From: Octopus vulgaris
Lineage: Eukaryota
Assembly (NCBI GenBank): GCA_951406725.2
Contig: OX597828.1
Coordinates: 1,240,001 to 1,304,000 of the forward strand
Direction: 5' to 3'
DNA length: 64,000 bases
The notes under the pieces are model-generated. The model was not told the origin of the DNA, did no database searches, and saw nothing but the letters and a program-made list of their open reading frames with translations. Within the stretch, counting starts at the first letter, position 1, and every line of letters begins with the position of its first letter. Made by a program: the position numbers and the translations under genes. Of the stretch, positions 12,821 to 26,592 are shown piece after piece.

Positions 12821-14584
12821 TTTATACAATATTTTTGTAGTCACAGATATGGAGAGGCACTTGCTGATGATTTTTGTCTTGGAGTACATCTTCTGCTAAG
12901 GGACATTATGTATTAAAAATACAATATGCTTGAAATGTCACCAGTGGCCTGTCAGCTGGTGTTTTGACATAATTTCACCTTCTCAGTAACAAAAACCCAT
13001 GGCCATTTGTAGCTACCTTGATACTTTTTTCCCTCCGTATATGCTATCAGTAAACAAAACATTTGCTGATGTGTGCAAAAACTGGCCACGCTTATGTTAA
13101 ATCAGTATATTACCAGTAGAAATTAAAAGTAATGATGTATAGCACATTTTTGTATACACAAACTTGGAATGATACTGGGTGATTTTGGCTTACTGAACAA
13201 CTTCTTAGATTGTGTGTTAGACATTGTATTAAAAAATGCCAAAATTGTTGGGGGGCCATTAAGCAAAAACATTATGTTCTGTTTGATTAATTTCTTTTAT
13301 ATTTCTAATTACCTTTCGTTTCTTTTCCTCTATGGCTTTGATGTGTGTGTGTGCACGTAAAAGCCACTGTAAAAATGAAAACAACAGTGAAAAATTAAGT
13401 GGAAATCGGATACGTGTCTTTGTTCATGCTGTGGTGTAATTATGCTAAACTGTTGTTCACTCAAACATCCCACATAGGTGACTTAGTGCCAGTTAAATTG
13501 ACCAATATTCGAATATCATCTTTGCTTCAATTTTTTTTTTTTAAACTTATTCACTGTGTACAAAGTGATTTGTGATTATTAGCGTAGTGTTGTGTCATGA
13601 ATGCATGCTTATAATATTTGTGTCTGTGTGTTCGTGTGTGCGACAGAAGTACAGAATAAGGTGCATGCGAATACAACAGAGCATAAGAGAAGTCTGAACA
13701 ATTTGAGTTAAAATGGAGTTATTTTAGAGTTATTTTACCAGTTCATGTAGTACACGATAATGAGTTCTATAACAAGATTTGAGTCTCGGAGCGGAGATTA
13801 GTTGAGTCACTTGTTGTGCATATTTTTCTCTTGATATAGATATTCTTTCAGATATATATATACTGCAACTGTTTTTCCGTGGTGAGATTTTCACACTAAC
13901 AGCATGAGTTGAATCTATTTATCTTGTTGTGTACAAGTTGGAATCTTCATAGATGGAGACGATGCTGGTGATGACTGTCGCTGGTTTACAATAGCGTCTT
14001 CATAGTATGGTTGGCTTGGCTGTCGTCTGCCTTTCGAACTGGAACATGGTTGAGTAAGCTCTGTGTGGTCTCCGACCAAGACCTTAAAAGGTCTTAAGCC
14101 GAAAGACCTTGAATCATCAAATAATCAGCCTATTTATGGAGTTAAGATGGCTCAAATGAAAGGTCCTATCTGAAAGCCGTGATTGGTCAGTTTACACACT
14201 GGTGCGAAATAAGTAGAGAGACAGACTGCGCTTAGATGCTAACCAATCAGATCAGTGGACACAACAAGGTTAAACTAGCCAAAGATGTTTGTAATCTCAA
14301 GCGAGATCATTCCTAATGTTTTTCTCAAACAGTGAAGATAGCAATATTGCTACACCATCATCTTAACACTTTTGTACTGTATGCATTCAGTGTCCAGTCA
14401 ACATTAGCAGTTGTTACACCAGGATATCAACAAAGACCTAAGTTTACTCTTCACTTTTCATTTACTTTCAAGTAGTTTTTTTGACATCTAGCTGAAAGCT
14501 TCCTTATTTTCAGTCTGTTTTTCAAGTTTGTATATAAATTGCAAAACGGTGGTAATAACAAAATATTATTTCAAATTTTTATAG

Positions 14585-14688
14585 GAAGATGAGAAAGTTC
14601 TTCAGTTAGTGAATGTATATGGTCCAAAACGTTGGACACATATTTCGAAACAGTTGAAGGGGAGAACAGGAAAGCAGTGTAGAGAAAG
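14585..14688 (+). CDS. Myb: Myb coding exon: repeat R2
   Basis: tttttatag acceptor, GTTAGT donor at 14689. EDEKVLQLVNVYGPKRWTHISKQLKGRTGKQCRE(R), phase 0/2, in frame with the previous exon. Confidence 0.96.
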
Positions 14689-15752
14689 GTTAGTGTTTTT
14701 GTTCATTCTATTTTTGTGTAAGAGTTTTCTTAAAATCAAAGAAATGACATCCAATTTAATTTTGTTATTTTTGAAATGGTCTTTTAGTTTTCTTTTCAAA
14801 ACTTTAGATGCTTGAATATTCTTATGATTTCTAAAAAAATTTTTTTTGCTTACTAAAACCTTTGTCTGCTATGTTAACCTTAAGGCCCAGAAGGATCTGC
14901 ATGGGTTCTCACACCTAGTAAGGGAAAGCAGGAGAAAAAGAAAATGATTAAGTAGGACCTGCAAGAGATAGATGGTGGCAATGAGGTTCTCAGCTGGTCC
15001 TGCAAGGCATAAGTTAAGTAGAGTGGACAATAATCACAGTTTTGGGTGTTTGAAGTACATATATACACCATGTTAGGCACACGCGCACACATACACTATA
15101 ACTAAAAGTTACATGTTTACATGAATAATCTTGCAAACCAAATACAAAACTGAAGTATTAGGAATACTTTACACTGATATATTGTTGTGTACTTTATTGC
15201 TTCTGGTGAATGATAATTGCCTTATCTATCAGATGGTAGTCCTCCCACATTCAGCCTCATTGTTCAGATTTTCATCCTTACATATGTGTGGATATGTAGC
15301 CATGCATCCATTGCCATGGGAGTTTATAAAATACAAAACAGATCAAGAATGAAACGATAGTGAGGCATCTGTGTGTCACTGAATTTAGGTGACAAAAGCT
15401 CATACCACACTTTTGCCACTCGGTCACCATAGTAGGTTCTAGTGACAATTATTGCAAAATGACTGATTGTTGTGACTGTAAGTTTTATGTCGTTTTATGT
15501 CAGAGTATCTTTTGCCTAGAAGAGCTGCCTTCTCTACAGCCTAATCAGAAATGATGGCAGTCTCCACTACCCCTCACAAATCTGTTTAACCCATAGATGG
15601 GACCCTGACAGGTACCACTCTTCGGGGTCAGAATGGACATGGAAGTAACGGCAATTAAGAAATGATTCCCCTCAGCTCCAGAACTTCTGAATTGGAACTC
15701 AACTCACCACTGCATGCAATTGAATATAAACTAGCTGCAGGTGTGGCTGTAG

Positions 15753-16090
15753 GCACAGGTATAATTGTTTGGTTAAGAAGCTTGCTTCCCAACTATATGG
15801 TCTTGAGTTCAGTTCCACCATGCAGCACCTTGAGCAGGTGTCTTCTACTATAGCTTCAGGCTCACCAAAGCCTTGTGTGTTGATTTGATAGATGGAAAGA
15901 AGCTTGTTGTGTATATAAAGTACATGTACTTGTGTGTGTGTGTCTCCATCCACCAGAACTGCTTGACAACTAATGTTGCTTGTTTATATTGCAGCACAAG
16001 TTTTAAAAACATGCACTGAGATCGATTTGTTTGACTAAACCCTTTAACTTGTTGTCCCAACAATGACTGACAAGTAAAAGACAAAAGAGA
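15753..16090 (+). mobile_element. tRNA-derived SINE (same family as 9759-10115)
   Basis: Shared GTGTCTTCTACTATAGC, (TG)n and GACAAGTAAAAGA blocks. Confidence 0.7.
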
Positions 16091-16230
16091 CACATAGAAA
16101 TAGACGCACATATATCACTTATTAAAGATTTTCTTTATACTAATGATTTAGTATCTCACAGTGAGACTGATTTACAGAAAATCATCAAAGCATTTGACAC
16201 TGCTTGTGACATCTTTAGATTAGCAATTAA

Positions 16231-18617
16231 CCCTTTTACGACCAAACCATCTGAATTCAGCTGAGAATTTCAATGGCAAATGATGCCAACACAGCTGAAA
16301 TAATCTAGTTACATTTAAATAAGGATTTCAGCACAAATCTCATGAGTACATTCATGAAAACACTTGATGTCGCTATGTTAAAATTGAGTTTGAGTATCCA
16401 ACATTATTTGGCATGATATCTGACCTCTGAATTTTTGGAGAGAGGGACCCCCCCCCCCATTTTTTGTCTATATTGTTATTTTTTTGTTTTGTTTAAAAAA
16501 TTTTTTTATACTGATGGAAAATGGATAATAGTATGTTGTCAAGTAGTGAATCACATTTCAAAGGATTTTTGACTGAAGACATGGAAAAATCAATCAAAAT
16601 ACATAGTGTGTGAAAATGAATCAGATATTGTCCGAATAGCTTTCACTTTCAGAAACAGAAGTAACTCAGTGATGAAGAAAATGGATATGTACACAATTGG
16701 AACAAAAGTTTTAAAACATTTTCTTATTGATTTTTTTTTTTTGAAGTGACTGGACCTAGTCCCAGTCTTTCCCAGGAAATAAAACCATTAGACTATTTAA
16801 AAAAATTTTTCCCTCCTAGTTTGTGTGAAGCAGTTAGTGTGGAAAGCAGTTGTTTGAAGCTGTTAGTGGAAACTAATTGCTATGCAATAAAATACTGTTT
16901 ATGGTCTTCCACATGCTTAGATAAAATCAAGTAGGAATAAAGAAGCTACCCAGAATAACAAACTATTGGTGACCAATATGTTTCCAGTATCCATGCCACA
17001 GACAAAATTTTAAAAATTACCACAGTACCTATATATTAACGACACTTGTAGTGCACCAGTATGTGGGGAACCAAACTTTGATCCCCTATTTAAAGTAAGA
17101 TCCCTCATTGACTGTGTTCAAAATGGTTATAAAACTTTCTATAAACCTGGGAGACACCTGTCCATCAATCATGGTATAGTGGGATACAAAAGCAGAGTAT
17201 GTTTCTGACAGTATATTCCCAGAAAACCCACAAAATGGAGGAATCAAAATTCGAAAGATTTGTGAAGCCAACATCGGGTACTGCTGTCAGTTCAATTTCT
17301 ATTACAGGGAAAAGGGAGAGTAATGTAAGCCAGGGTAGAATGTGGTCTGGAATTCATATATTACTTTTGACTAGTTTTTCGGTTTGGTCAAACTGGCATT
17401 GGAGTTAGAAGCTATAGCAACATATACATGTGCTACAATAGTTGTATGTAGGAAAGGGGTGCTATTGGATATAAAAAAGCAAAATTTAAAAAAATGAGGT
17501 GAAGATATCCAACGGCTGAAAGAAAACTTGCATATAGAGATGATAAAAGGCAAATCAATTTTCTATCTACATGTGAACAGCTACATATGGATGAAAATGG
17601 CACCTCATTGTGAATGTTGGGTGGTTTAGATTGGATGAATCAGATGATAAGGTATTGCCTGGTCTACCAACCAGGTAATGCATGGTGACAATACCTGGTT
17701 TGGTATATAGTAAATATGAGTATTGTTAATGCATTTATACTATATACCAAATCAGGAATTGCAGATGTAGCAACACAATTGAGAGCTGGGTTTTTTTTTT
17801 GCATAAAAAAATTACTGTTAGGAGAAAATCTAAAGCCTACCAAAGACATATCCCTCTGAATTCAGCCAATTTCCAATAAATGAGAGATAAATGATAGAAA
17901 GTTTCCGATAAATCAGCTGATAAATGAGAGAAAATCAGGAGTTACAAAAGGCAGTGCCATGAATGTCTTCATCAAAAATGGAAAGCTCCCAGTGGACGGC
18001 TGTTGAAATGAGCTTCTAATGTGCATTCTGCAAACTTGTGTTATGTAGAGTGGAGTGCTTTACAAGTGATAGAAACAGTGTTTGATTTATACACATATCA
18101 TTTAATTTTATAAATATCTTTTTTCAAATTTTTTATTTATCTCTAAGGTGAGTAACAAAGTTTGATCAGTTTGTATTGTGAATCATTATTATTTGTTTCT
18201 GTTTATTGATGTGTGTGTGTAAGTTTATTTCATTTAGTTACCTTTATTGCTACTCCTGTCTTGCGCATTTAAGTTCAACTGATAATTCAGTATCCAATTC
18301 TTCTATATTAAAATTTTGTTGTATAACCCAATTGAATATTAGCTAATAACTCATTTTCTATGATGACGTTTAAAGAAAATTGAAATCATTTTATATTTAG
18401 TTGAATTTATCTGTATGTACCTGTAATCAGAGTTGCTTTGAAGCAATTATATAAAAGATTTAAGAACCTTTTGTTAAATTGTGTTCTAAAATCCCATTAA
18501 TACGTTGATCAATAAAAAAAGAGTTGTTTTATGAAACCAGTCTAAATTCCTGATTATATTAGAATTAAATTGAAACATAAGGGGTGTATTTTGATTAGAA
18601 ATATAGTAATGAAAGGG
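16231..18617 (+). mobile_element. Decayed piggyBac transposon
   Basis: TTAA|CCCTTT ... AAAGGG|TTAA termini. Transposase remnants PLDYLKKFFP, ETNCYA, FDPLFKVRSLID and YIPRKPTKW. Confidence 0.85.
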
Positions 18618-19890
18618 TTAATACTAAGAAAACTGTAGTAATGTATCAACTTGCACCAAGGTAGTCCCCTATTGTTCTTCATATGTATGTGAAACATAAA
18701 AGGTTTGCTGTTATTGATTCCTTTACACACCTTAATGGCATGGTTAACTCAAAAGGAACTTAACACTGGAATTGCATGTTCTATGCAAATTGCAGCTGAA
18801 TCTTTTGGTTCTCTTTGTCTTCATGTGGATACAAGACCTTATTAAAGTGAGCACAAAACTTTAGATTTTTTGTGCATTTGTACCATTCCCCCTTTTTTAT
18901 CCAGTAGAAACACGGATTGTTTACAACCATAACATAAACACCCTTGAACATTTTTACCAAAAGTTCCTTCGTCCAATTCTCAGGATTAGCTGTAAATTGT
19001 TTACACTTTATACACAGATTTTAGAGAGAGTAGAAATTTCATCAATTAACACTATGCTGTTTCCAATCAGCTGTGGTGGACTGACCACATACACATACCA
19101 CATTGTTATTATAATAAAATTTAAAAATAAAAAAAAACCCACAAAAACCCTTGTGGGGTTTCCTGGCTGAAATATTAACTTATTCCACCAGTGCCTATTT
19201 TTATATATATATGGTTTGCTAGATTCTTGATATGGGTTTTTATATTGGAACAGTTATTTTTTTTTTTGTATCTTAGAAGAGTCATTATGCCAGTAACAAA
19301 CACTCTCTGGTTTCACTTTTATTATGATTAGTCAATTTATTATTTATAATAAAAGTGAAATATTATTGAGTAAAATCTATTTGCCAATGTAAATTGGCAG
19401 TCCTGATTAGGACTGTGTTACTACCATTTTTTTTTAGCCCCAGGAAAACATCTTTTCTAGCCACATCCTTATACCTCAAATAACGGAGCTAATGTTCCCA
19501 TTCAGCTTCAAGTGTTACCTGCAGACCATGGTTTCTAGGTTATTTCTCTTCATTGGCACAGGATAACCGTTGGCTTGAGATGGCAGCATTAGGCCTTATT
19601 TGAGGTATATACTTTTTAAGTGACACATAGTCACTGATCTCATAAAGAGGAAAGCCATTAGTTTTAAGAGTCAAATCTATTTGCCAACGTAGATTGGCAG
19701 TCCTGATTAGGAAGATGTTACTACCTTTTTTTAGCCCCAGAGATTTAAAACTAATGGTTTTTCTCTTTACGAGATCAGTGACTGTGTGTCACTTTAAAAG
19801 TATATACCTTGAACATAGCCTTGTGCTGTCAATTCTAGTCAACGGTGAAGGGAAATGACCTAGAAACCATGGTCAGCAGGTGCTGTTTAA

Positions 19891-20111
19891 CCCTTTCATT
19901 ACCAACCCAGCTGAAACCGGCTCTGGCTCTGAGTACAAATGTTTTGTTTTCATAAAGTTTTGAATTAAAATCTTTCACCAAACCTTAGTTACAATTTATG
20001 TTCCTAACACTAGCTGAATAATAACTAAGTTATTTTACTAAATTATTTGTTATATATAAAGTAATTGAAAGAAACACAGGGCATCTCAAAATAAATACCG
20101 TAACGAAAGGG
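19891..20111. mobile_element. piggyBac-type MITE nested in an inverted repeat
   Basis: TTAA|CCCTTTCATTAC ... GTAACGAAAGGG|TTAA. Confidence 0.85.
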
Positions 20112-21155
20112 TTAAGGCTGAGTGGGGACATTAGTTCCCTTATTTGAGGTACAAGGACACAGTTGTGTTACTAGTAGCCAGCTGGAAAAGATGTAACATT
20201 ATCCTAATCAGGACTGCTAATTTATGTTGGCAAATAGATTTTACTCTGTAGTACTGCTATTACTTACTTCTCGCTCAGGGATTTAAAACTAATGATTTAC
20301 CTCTTTACGAAATATTATTATTTCACTGTTATTATTATTAGTCAATTTATTAGCAGTTTATCAATTAACTAACTGATTGTTTCATTAATCTTTCCACCAA
20401 TAAGTCAGCTAGGTTCATCAAAGTCTTTTTGTTGCCATTTGCATCTTCATGAATGACCTGACTTTTCCACTCCAGGCATGCTTCAGGTTTGAGATGTTCT
20501 CACTTCGCTATAAATATAGGACCTGTAAACTAGAAGAAAGAGACACATACTTAAGAGAAACCTGGAGTAGAGAGGGCATGGCATTAATGAGGTTGTGAAT
20601 GGGAATGAAGGGTTGCTAATGAACCTAGCAGAATGATAGACCAAATAATTTATTAAGCAATCGATAGTTAATTAGTTAAATGGTTACCTACTTGACTATT
20701 AATAATAAGTAAAATAGAACCAGTATTTGTATTTTAATGGCATAATGAACCCTCATCCCCAGACTCAACAAAAAGTATTTTCTTTGTTTTTTTAAGTATT
20801 GTGGGAGTGAAGAACCTTCAAATAGGTCTTTGGAATTTTCTGCCAAGTTTGGCAGTGTGCATGATTTTAGGAAACATGAATGAAAAGGAAATATTCATGT
20901 AGCTGAAATTGTATGGTAAAAAGTTCTTGATAACAATATATTAAATCAATAAAATAGTTTCCTTGCATAAGTTAACTCGGATCCAAAGCACAAAATTTTT
21001 GCTGTCATGACATAAGTTATAATGAAAACTTAATGGTTTAATATGTAAATAAACAAAATTTATGTACACAAAATTGAATTGAAATTCATAGTGTATTCTG
21101 TCTAGAAATATACTAACAAGGTGAGTTGAACTTCTGACAAAATATTTATTTCCAG

Positions 21156-21284
21156 GTGGCACAATCATTTGAATCCTGCTATCAAGAAAACTGCTTGGAC
21201 TGAAGAAGAAGACAGTATAATTTATCGGTTGCATAAAACTCATGGAAATCGTTGGGCTGAAATTGCTAAGAATTTACCTGGAAG
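21156..21284 (+). CDS. Myb: Myb coding exon: end of R2 and most of R3
   Basis: tttccag acceptor, GTAAAT donor at 21285. (R)WHNHLNPAIKKTAWTEEEDSIIYRLHKTHGNRWAEIAKNLPG(R), phase 2/2. Confidence 0.96.
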
Positions 21285-21378
21285 GTAAATTAATTCTTCA
21301 TATTTTTTACTCTCCACAGTTGGCTCCTGAAGAAACCTTTTCCTCCATTTAAGAATTACTCCTGTCACAATACTTTAT

Positions 21379-21604
21379 CCCTTTAGCATTCAGATTGTTC
21401 TGTCAAATGTAATGCTTATTTATTCACAGTTTTTAAAGAAATTTATCCTGTATCATCTTGTAGCTTTATGATTTTGATTAAGTGACTGCATATTTTTTTT
21501 AGACTAACATTGTAGGGTAGGTGTGAGAGGCTGGATCTGTCCACTTTGAATATAAAACAGGAAGAATATTTTGGTCAGATATGGTTGGTTTAAATGCTAA
21601 AAGG
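21379..21604. mobile_element. piggyBac-type MITE
   Basis: TTAT|CCCTTTAGCATTCAGA ... TTTAAATGCTAAAAGG|TTAA. Inverse relative of 8895-9053. Confidence 0.7.
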
Positions 21605-22539
21605 TTAATGATGTCCAGAAGATCTCTCATTGAAACGATTGATATAAAGGTGCCATTAGAAAGTTGTGCTGTGTATCTAGAATTCCACTCTGTATAATCT
21701 GTTGGTCATGAGTTGCTGGGAATGAAACTATAATCTCTTTATAGATGGAGGAAATTTGCTTGATTTTGACTAAGTTAACTTATATTCTAAGATTTCAGAT
21801 GGCTAAGTTCATTGGACTGTAAAGTCAGAGATCATTTTGGTCTGTACCTTCTCCATCTAGTTGTAAGTAGGCATAACAACTTATTTTTTGTAAGCTGTGG
21901 CAGGTCTGTAAAATTGCTGAGCATTTTGTTACCTTACAGTGTTACGTTAAATTTGTTGTTTGCTTGGAAATACATGGGGCTGCATCTAGCTAAATTGTTC
22001 TAAAGTACACTATTTGAAGATTTCATAGATTGTCCACAACCTATTGGAATATATATATTTTTTTATATATTGTTCTCCACCATCATCATCTATAGAAACT
22101 ATCACTCTCTGATCTAGTCTGTTTTGTGCCTGTGTTTCGTCACCAGAATCTACAAGAGAGACTAGCATGTACAGACTATCACATTTACCTTATGCAATTC
22201 AGTTCTGTTCATCAGAGTGTACAGTAGGGTTCTCAACACGGTGGAGACAAGGTGTAAGTGGAAAAACGTCTGTGGGTTGAACCTACTCTGCCTAATTACC
22301 TTCATCCCATGGGTCTGGTTGATTAGACCTAACATAGGGCTACACAATATCAGCTTTCATCCACAACAAAAGTAGAAAGGAAAAGAAAGGAGTTGTAACA
22401 TTTCAAGCATAAAGCACTTTATTGAGATGAAGAAAAACCAGATTTGAAAGAATTAGGGAATAAATGAGATTACATGTGATATCAAGTGGTTATGGTGAAC
22501 AAAAACGAGAACAAAAGTGCACAGTCTATACATGTGGTT

Positions 22540-24200
22540 TCTGGCAGAAATAGGTGAGGAGTGAGAGTTAATCATGTACAGTGAGGTGATATATGGCAAT
22601 CATGGAATTGAGTCAACAATGAGGAAGAAGAGGAGTGGATAAGTAGTAGAATTAAGAAGCAAAGAATGTGTGAGTAGGTGGCAGTGAGGCTGGGCAAGCT
22701 TTTATGAAGACAATAGATGGATATCGAAGGAAAACTACTCAGATATTGTTCCTGCAGGAAAAGCATCCCTAACTGGAAGGTCAATCTTCGTTCCTGAAGA
22801 AACCAGATGACTGAGGTGCTGCAATGCTATAAAAGACCAAAGACATAAAAATGATGATGGGGAGTGATATGCAATGAGTTTTGGTTATCCTCCATTGTTG
22901 CCTTGCATGTTTAGCAAATTGCAACCAAATTAATCAGCAAACATTTGTCTAGTTTCACTTACATATAAGAAACCACAAAGTTGGTATTTAATGTGACATT
23001 CTTGGCAGTGCAAGTGAACTAACTAATCAGCAACTTAGGCCTGGTGTTGTACAGAGTGGCATTATTATGGACTTGAGTTTTACTTTAAGAGTAAGAACAT
23101 GTAGAGGATCCAGATTAGATCCTGTATGGAATGAAGGAACCGTGGACCATACATCATGTAGGATGCAGTCACCTCTGAAAGAAAGGAACGATTATTCTGA
23201 AAGGATATGAGATAGTTGATTTAATGTAGGAAAAAAATTAAAATGGAGTTAGCAGGTTTGTAACAGATGGAGTTGGAGAAATGGCAGAGTCAATGAAAAT
23301 GTAGGTGTCTAAGAAGTTAAGAGGGGTTTAGAGATGATAAATGTGAATTCCAGAGCTGGTTGGGAGGACTTGATGAAGGATGTGAGATGTTGACAAGTAA
23401 GGGAGGTGTGTCAGTGCTGTTAAGATGATGGCTGTATGTGTGTGTGTGTGTGTGTGGGGGCGGCGAAGAGGTTGATGGTTTCAGCATTAAGATGACTAGC
23501 AAATATTTTAGTGTGGTTGGAGCCCATTCTATTATTGACAATCACTCAAGGAAAAGTACCAGTAAAATCTAGAAAAGGGGAAGCAATTAAAATTGCAGAT
23601 GAATTTGGTAAGAGGGTAGGAGTAACTGGGGTGGAGCTGGACTGAGAAATTAAAATAGTGGTGATGAGTTGTCATTGGACTCTATGTACCAGATAAATAG
23701 AAGTGAGGTGGGACAGAAAGACAGAATGTGGATAGGTAGGGGTTGCAAGAGTGTATGAGGAAAAGTGAGAGTTGGTTAGAAGTGGGGAACAGGTGAAGGG
23801 GTGAATATAATGAATAACAGAAGAACAAGTATTGAAGGGTGAATAGTATTCATTGGAAGGCAGATGAAAAAAAAGTAGACGATGACTTTGATATTGGGTA
23901 GGGTTGAGTAGTGGATATAGTTAGTAGTGTATAAGGGATTAGGATGATCAATAATACATGAGTTGAGGCAGGTAGCTGGAGAGTAGGAGGTGACAGTGCA
24001 GAAAAGAGCGAAGCGCAGTTGAATATAATGGTAGAGTAGAGAATGGAAGGATGGAAGTGAGATAACATGTGGTTTGGTAAGTTGCACAAGAGTGAAGAGT
24101 CAGGCAGGTGTAGTATATGAGGAGAGTGAGATATGAATAGTGGTTGGGCAGAGTGTCTCAAGGGAGTGATGAAAGTAAAATGTGGATGGAGAAGGTTAAT
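22540..24200 (-). mobile_element. Highly decayed LINE-like remnant
   Basis: Purine-rich + strand and Pro/Ser/Leu/His-rich minus frames, like the 6040-6900 element. No intact motif is readable. Confidence 0.3.
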
Positions 24201-24588
24201 ATAATCAATGAAGGTTGGATATCAAGTAAAATAATTTTGGGTAGTAAGAAAGATAATGGTATCAGGGAACTGTTGTAGTATACAGTTCTGCTCACATGTA
24301 ATTACTGCAGCAAAATACTACAGTTAGAGAGAGATGCTGGGTGTTGGGGAATGGCTCCAGGAGGAAATTGGGTAAGAGGTCCAGTTGTGCAGATATATGC
24401 ATATTGTGCTTTCAGAATCTATTTTGCTGAGATGGATGGGTCTTCTCAAATACTGCATATCTTCAATCATCCTGGACTTTTGTCATCTCCTCCAGGAGGT
24501 CCTGACTCAGCTTTACCACTTTGTTCCAATGTCTTCTTGGGTTTCTTTCTTTTGAAAGTAGCTATATTGATTAGAACTTCTCTATGTA

Positions 24589-25200
24589 CTAGTGAACCTG
24601 TGCCATCAGAAATGACGGCATGAAAACAATATGGAAATTAAAAACATTACAACCTTTATCCCAGTAATTGCTTCAACACCATGTTCCTAGTGAAAACTCT
24701 AGCAATGAGTTCACCTTGTCTTGGATGGTCCTTTACCAACATTTTAATTTTATTACAACTTCTACTCAATGAAAAGTTGTCCATGGCTGAATACTGTTGA
24801 TGGTAGATTGATACCAACATTATTGAAGCTCTGCCCTTGTGATTTGTTTATAGTCATTGCAAATACTGGGATAAGAGGAAATTGTCATCTACTCATAATA
24901 AAGGGAAGGGTTGTCTCACTGGGACGGAGGTTGATGCGCGGAATAAAGGCCTCTTCTCCTTTCTTGCTTCCACTAAGTATTTTTTTGTACCCATCTCTCT
25001 TGTCTCACTTCTTGTGATTGATTTAATAACCTTAATGTATTGTATAATCTTATTGCATCCAGTTCTTCCTGAGTGACACTGGCTGTTCTTTGCCTTTGTA
25101 TCTCTCTGGCTAACTGTCGCCTTATGTCTGATTCATTCTCCAAAGCAGGTAGATGAGTATATTTAATACAACAGAACACAAACTTCAAAACAAATGGGTA
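24589..25200 (-). mobile_element. Internally deleted Helitron (RepHel N-terminus joined to PIF1 helicase C-terminus)
   Basis: Minus strand reads [57 protein letters not shown] (PIF1 motifs). 3' end has hairpin TGCCGTCA-tttc-TGATGGCA (24601-24620) then CTAG|T at 24589. The 5' end is unresolved and probably lies beyond the MITE at 25496. Confidence 0.88.
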
Positions 25201-25306
25201 TGTTTGTGTGTACGCGTTAGTTTGTTTATATTTCTATACATAACCATACAAAGTTCAAAATTACACATGATTACATTAATGGCTTTTTCCCCACAAACGT
25301 CTACAT

Positions 25307-25365
<59 letters not shown>

Positions 25366-25495
25366 CGCCTGAAATGGAAAAAGATCTTGAAGACAAATTT
25401 CACCCTGTTGGCAAAATTCTTCATAAATATTTACAAACATCACTGTATCAGTAAATATTTGTAAATACCTTCCTTTTATATTTAGCATTCTTTAA

Positions 25496-26592
25496 CCCTT
25501 TCATTACTATATTTCTGACCAAAATACACCCCTCATGAGTTTCAATTAAATTCTAAAATAATCATGAATCTAGGCTTGTTTCATTAAATAACTGTAACTT
25601 TTTTACTTATCAACATATTAATGTGGTATTTGGAACATAATTAAAGAAAGGGTTCTTAATCAATTCTATTGCATAACTTTTGTCTCAAAGTGACTTTAAT
25701 TACAGGTAAATTGAGCAAAAGGTAAAAATATTAAAATTTTAAATTGAGCAAAAGGTAAAAATATTAAAATTTTGTTTAAACATCACCATAGAAAATGAAT
25801 CATCAGCTAATATTCAAATGGGTATGCAACAAAATTTTGATAAAGAAGAATTGTGCACATCACTATATCATCAGTTGAATTTAATGCACAACAGGTGTAC
25901 CATAAAGGTGGAATAAAGTGAAATACTGGAATCCACCGTAAGTTTGACCAAACTAAAGAAATCGGTAAAAAAATAATATACGGCCCTGGTTATGGTATGG
26001 AAATGATAAATTCCAGACCACATCGTTTCCTAGGCCATGCTGACTAACATTATTTTCCCTGTATAAAAACTAAATCCACGCAGTACCCAGTATTTGCTTC
26101 ACAAATTTTCCGAAATTTGAACCCCCATTTTGTGTTTGTTTACATTCTGTGTAAGTTTGTTTCCGCATTGATCGCTTCAAACAATAACTTCCAGACCACA
26201 TCATACCCTAAGCCATGCTGACTAACATTAGTTTCCCTGTATAAAAACTAAATCCACAACAGTACCCAGTATTTGTTTCACAAATTTTCCAATACGGAAT
26301 CAATGCTTGATAACATGAAACTCCTATCCATTTTCAAAGTTGAAGAAAAATCGATGCCGAAAAAAATGTGGAAAAAAATCTCCCAAAATTCAGGGAATTA
26401 AAATTACACGTCAATCGTTGTACAAAACTGTAGATGAACTGTTTACGAAGCATAATCACGTGTTTTCACGAATGTACTAAAGAGATTTGCTCTGATATTC
26501 TCATTTAAATATGAATAGGTAAATTTGGGCGGTTTGGTCACATTAACCAAAATTTTTTTCGGGCGACTTTGGGCAGTTTGGTAACGAAAGGG
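25496..26592. mobile_element. Non-autonomous piggyBac-type element
   Basis: TTAA|CCCTTTCATTAC ... GTAACGAAAGGG|TTAA. The left end is the reverse complement of the right end of 16231-18617. Internal direct repeats at ~26010-26111/26189-26291 and a 33-bp tandem at ~25708-25773. Confidence 0.85.

Noticed and set aside
13360-14340. CpG-richer stretch with CCAAT/ATTGG boxes and a small hairpin, as a possible internal promoter
   Set aside because: No termini, ORF or transcript evidence is visible. It is probably an unrecognised repeat, so I cannot support a call.
19630-19665. CTGATCTC-ATAAA-GAG-GAAA as a hammerhead
   Set aside because: It lacks the G8-A9 core bases and a stem I, and GAAA is not kept in the other copies of the unit.
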